Program-made: the position numbers and the translations under genes
Source of the DNA: Dehalococcoidia bacterium
GTDB lineage: Bacteria; Chloroflexota; Dehalococcoidia; Lucifugimonadales; G958296245
Direction: 5' to 3'
Assembly: GCA_965262055.1 (NCBI GenBank)
Contig: CBDHEI010000002.1
Location: forward strand, 3,156,347 to 3,220,346
Length of the DNA: 64,000 nucleotides
Notes under the pieces: model-generated
The model's input: the letters and a program-made list of their open reading frames with translations, nothing else
Told to the model about the DNA's origin: nothing
Database searches by the model: none
Shown: positions 62,122-64,000 of the stretch, piece after piece
Layout: every line of letters begins with the position of its first letter
Numbering within the stretch: the first letter of the stretch is position 1

Positions 62122-63824
62122 CCCGAATCCACCGAAGGACACCTATGGACGGCGTGAGGACAGCGGCAGGGTGGGTGAGGGAGCTACAGGGGAGATGGCT
62201 GGGCTCATTGGGGTAGATTGGAGGTCGGCGAACGGTCTTCAGTCGCCGCATAGGGCCCCTATGGCCCTCTGCGGGAGCTGCGATGCGCGGGATGGCGAGA
62301 GAATACGCAGCAGGGAACTCTCGCGGACCGGGGTGGCACGAGTTTGCAGGGAAGTTGGGTCAGTTGCAGGCTGGCAGTCAGGCGGGGAGTGGAATGGCTC
62401 GCAGCCGGGCCATGGCGCGAGTGAACTGGGTTTCCCAAGGCCAATGCTGGGGAAGATGCAGGGTAAGGCGGCGCGCCGAGCGGGTGATCCGTCCCACCAG
62501 AGCGAAGACCCGCCGCCTGAGGGTCTTGGTGGTCACGGTCCGTTCGGCCAGACCGATGCGCGCTGTCCAGCGGGCGAGGTTGTGTGCCATCACCTGCACC
62601 GCCAGCCAGGCGCCGTTGGCGGCGAAGCGCCCCGAGGGGAGATGGTTGAGTCCGACGCCGTGTTTCAGGTCTCGAATGGCGTTCTCGATCTCGGCGTGGC
62701 GGCGATGATCGGCCTCCAGTTCCAGGGTTTCCCCGTCCCGGTCGGTGATGAAGCCGTGATAGCTGTAGGTGGCGAAGAGGGCCAACTGGGAACCGGGCGT
62801 GGGCTTCACCCGCCGGACGATGAGCCGCACCGGCGCGGCGTCGGGTTCACTCTGGAAGGGGGTATAGGTGGTCTCGGCCACATCGGCGGCGCCGTCCATC
62901 CAGTAGGGAATCGGCGTCCAGTCCTGCTCGGGGATCGCCTCAATCAACTCCCGCAGGCCTTTGTGCTGGCGGATGGTGATGGAGAAGCGGACACCCATCT
63001 CGCGGCAGACGGCGACGAGAGCGTGGGCGTAGAAGCCGCTGTCGGCGCGCACCGTGAGTTGGCCGCTGGCCCCACCGTAGCGCACCCGCCCCACCGTTTC
63101 ACGCAGGAAGTGGGCAGCGCCGCGAGCGGTGTTGGCACGGCCCTCGCGCAGCCGGGACATCAGCACATCGCCGGTTCCGGCGGCGATGGCCAGCAGTGGG
63201 TGATAGCCCCGCGCGCCGGTGTAGTTGTGGTGTCGCGCCCCTTCTTTGTCCAGTCCATAGGTCTCGCAGATGGTGGAGTCCAGGTCGATGGTCAGGGGCG
63301 AGTCGCCGGGTCCGGCCCCAGCGGCCCATGCGCGTGCCAGCAACTGGCGGCTCACCCGGTCGAGTTGACGGACATGCCCCCACCGGAAACTGCGCAGGAA
63401 GGTGCCCAGGGTGGATGGCGCCTTGACCACGCAGCCGAGAACACCGACCGTCCCACCAGCACGCAGCGCATCGGCGTCGTCGATGAAGTCGCCGCCCGCC
63501 AGCGCGGAAGCGACCAGCGTCAGCAGTTTGTCCCCCGTGTTCGCCCGCCCCGGTGCGCAGCCGAGGTCGAGGTGATGGTCGGCGAGTTCCCGCAGGCCCA
63601 GGTGCTGTGCAAGGGTGGCCGGCAGGAGCAGGCCGGCATTGGCCACCAGGCGGTGGTCGTCAAAGACGACGCCGATACGGTCGGGATTGTTCTGTGGCAG
63701 CATCTACTGGGTGCTCCTTGTTTCCGGGCGGTTTTCTGTTTCAAAACCATTCTCCCAGATTCAGAGGAGCACCCTCTGGCTTCTTCAAGGACTGTCCCCA
63801 AAGTCGTCTTTCGGTGGATTCGGG
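62122..63824 (-). mobile_element. IS1380-family insertion sequence (1703 bp)
   Basis: The terminal inverted repeats begin with a perfect 15-mer, CCCGAATCCACCGAA, and show further similarity to ~30 nt. It is flanked by the 5-bp direct repeat ATAAG (62117-21 and 63825-29). Excision restores ...AAESIRRSLRTGDRIAVVHF. Confidence 0.85.
62378..63703 (-). CDS. IS1380-family DDE transposase
   Basis: The 441-aa product contains VVFDDHRLVANAGLLLPATLAQHLGL...IDLDSTICETYG...GYHPLLA...RADSGFY...EADHRRHAEIENAIRDLK. Confidence 0.85.
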   Translation of the reverse strand: MLPQNNPDRIGVVFDDHRLVANAGLLLPATLAQHLGLRELADHHLDLGCAPGRANTGDKLLTLVASALAGGDFIDDADALRAGGTVGVLGCVVKAPSTLGTFLRSFRWGHVRQLDRVSRQLLARAWAAGAGPGDSPLTIDLDSTICETYGLDKEGARHHNYTGARGYHPLLAIAAGTGDVLMSRLREGRANTARGAAHFLRETVGRVRYGGASGQLTVRADSGFYAHALVAVCREMGVRFSITIRQHKGLRELIEAIPEQDWTPIPYWMDGAADVAETTYTPFQSEPDAAPVRLIVRRVKPTPGSQLALFATYSYHGFITDRDGETLELEADHRRHAEIENAIRDLKHGVGLNHLPSGRFAANGAWLAVQVMAHNLARWTARIGLAERTVTTKTLRRRVFALVGRITRSARRLTLHLPQHWPWETQFTRAMARLRAIPLPA

Positions 63825-63829
63825 ATAAG

Positions 63830-64000
63830 GCGCAGCCTGCGCACTGGAGACCGCATCGCCGTCGTCCATTTCACCAGCAGCGTCGTTGACGACCTCACGG
63901 TCATGCATACGGACCCGGATGACCGCGATGTCATGAGGTCGATAGACGAGCTCAGACCGCGCGGATCGACGAACGTTCAGGCCGGCCTCGACCTCGGCGT
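63830..64000 (+). pseudogene. vWA-domain lipoprotein, 3' continuation (runs off the window)
   Basis: RRSLRTGDRIAVVHFTSSVVDDLTVMHTDPDDRDVMRSIDELRPRGSTNVQAGLDLG matches the central vWA pattern. Confidence 0.7.

Noticed and set aside
61178-63889. 903-aa ORF, the longest in the track
   Set aside because: It is a chimera. The first ~310 codons are the real vWA lipoprotein 5' part. The rest is read-through into the IS1380-family element, antisense to its transposase, and has an Arg/Gly/Ala-rich high-GC antisense composition.

Overview
This is a 64-kb high-GC bacterial chromosome segment. The gene content and Val/Glu-rich repeat style are reminiscent of aerobic Chloroflexota-like heterotrophs, but taxonomy cannot be proven from this window.

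The backbone is housekeeping and catabolic:
- a dapA-like / selA-like / hpcH-aldolase cluster
- thrS and infC-rpmI-rplT
- a complete caa3-type cytochrome c oxidase operon (ctaC-D-E-F-G, a small membrane ORF, SCO1)
- a hydantoinase/oxoprolinase-type hyuA/hyuB operon with an amidohydrolase
- a TPP enzyme, an aldo/keto reductase, a second dapA-like gene and an MFS transporter
- rsfS, ndk, tsaB, tsaE, tRNA-Ser(GCU) and miaB-nadA-nadC
- a glutamine-synthetase-like gene plus a split glutamate-synthase-like (mgsABC-like) cluster
- a PTE-like hydrolase, an HTH-TPR protein and a vWA lipoprotein

Unusual items:
1. A more AT-rich two-gene ABC-type ATPase + Toprim-like cassette sits directly behind rplT and is a candidate defence module.
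2. A ~130-145 nt hairpin-rich repeat occurs three times, always in the same orientation, in intercistronic spacers of minus-strand operons. One hairpin is fully paired only in the sense RNA, through G-U wobbles.
3. A DUF3179 gene has an in-frame TGA exactly at the first Cys of its CxxC motif, followed by a SECIS-like stem-loop. The same gene is cleanly split by an IS1182-family element with a 7-bp target duplication.
4. An IS1380-family element with a 5-bp duplication splits the vWA gene.
5. Three tandem paralogues of an uncharacterised ~560-aa family are present. One has a frameshift in a G-run.
6. Two genes (hyuB and a zinc-ADH-like gene) have conserved N-termini that extend upstream of any ATG/GTG/TTG. 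Each has a Shine-Dalgarno sequence followed by ATC or ATT.

No rRNA genes or CRISPR arrays were seen. All family assignments come from reading the translated ORFs by eye; no database search was run.
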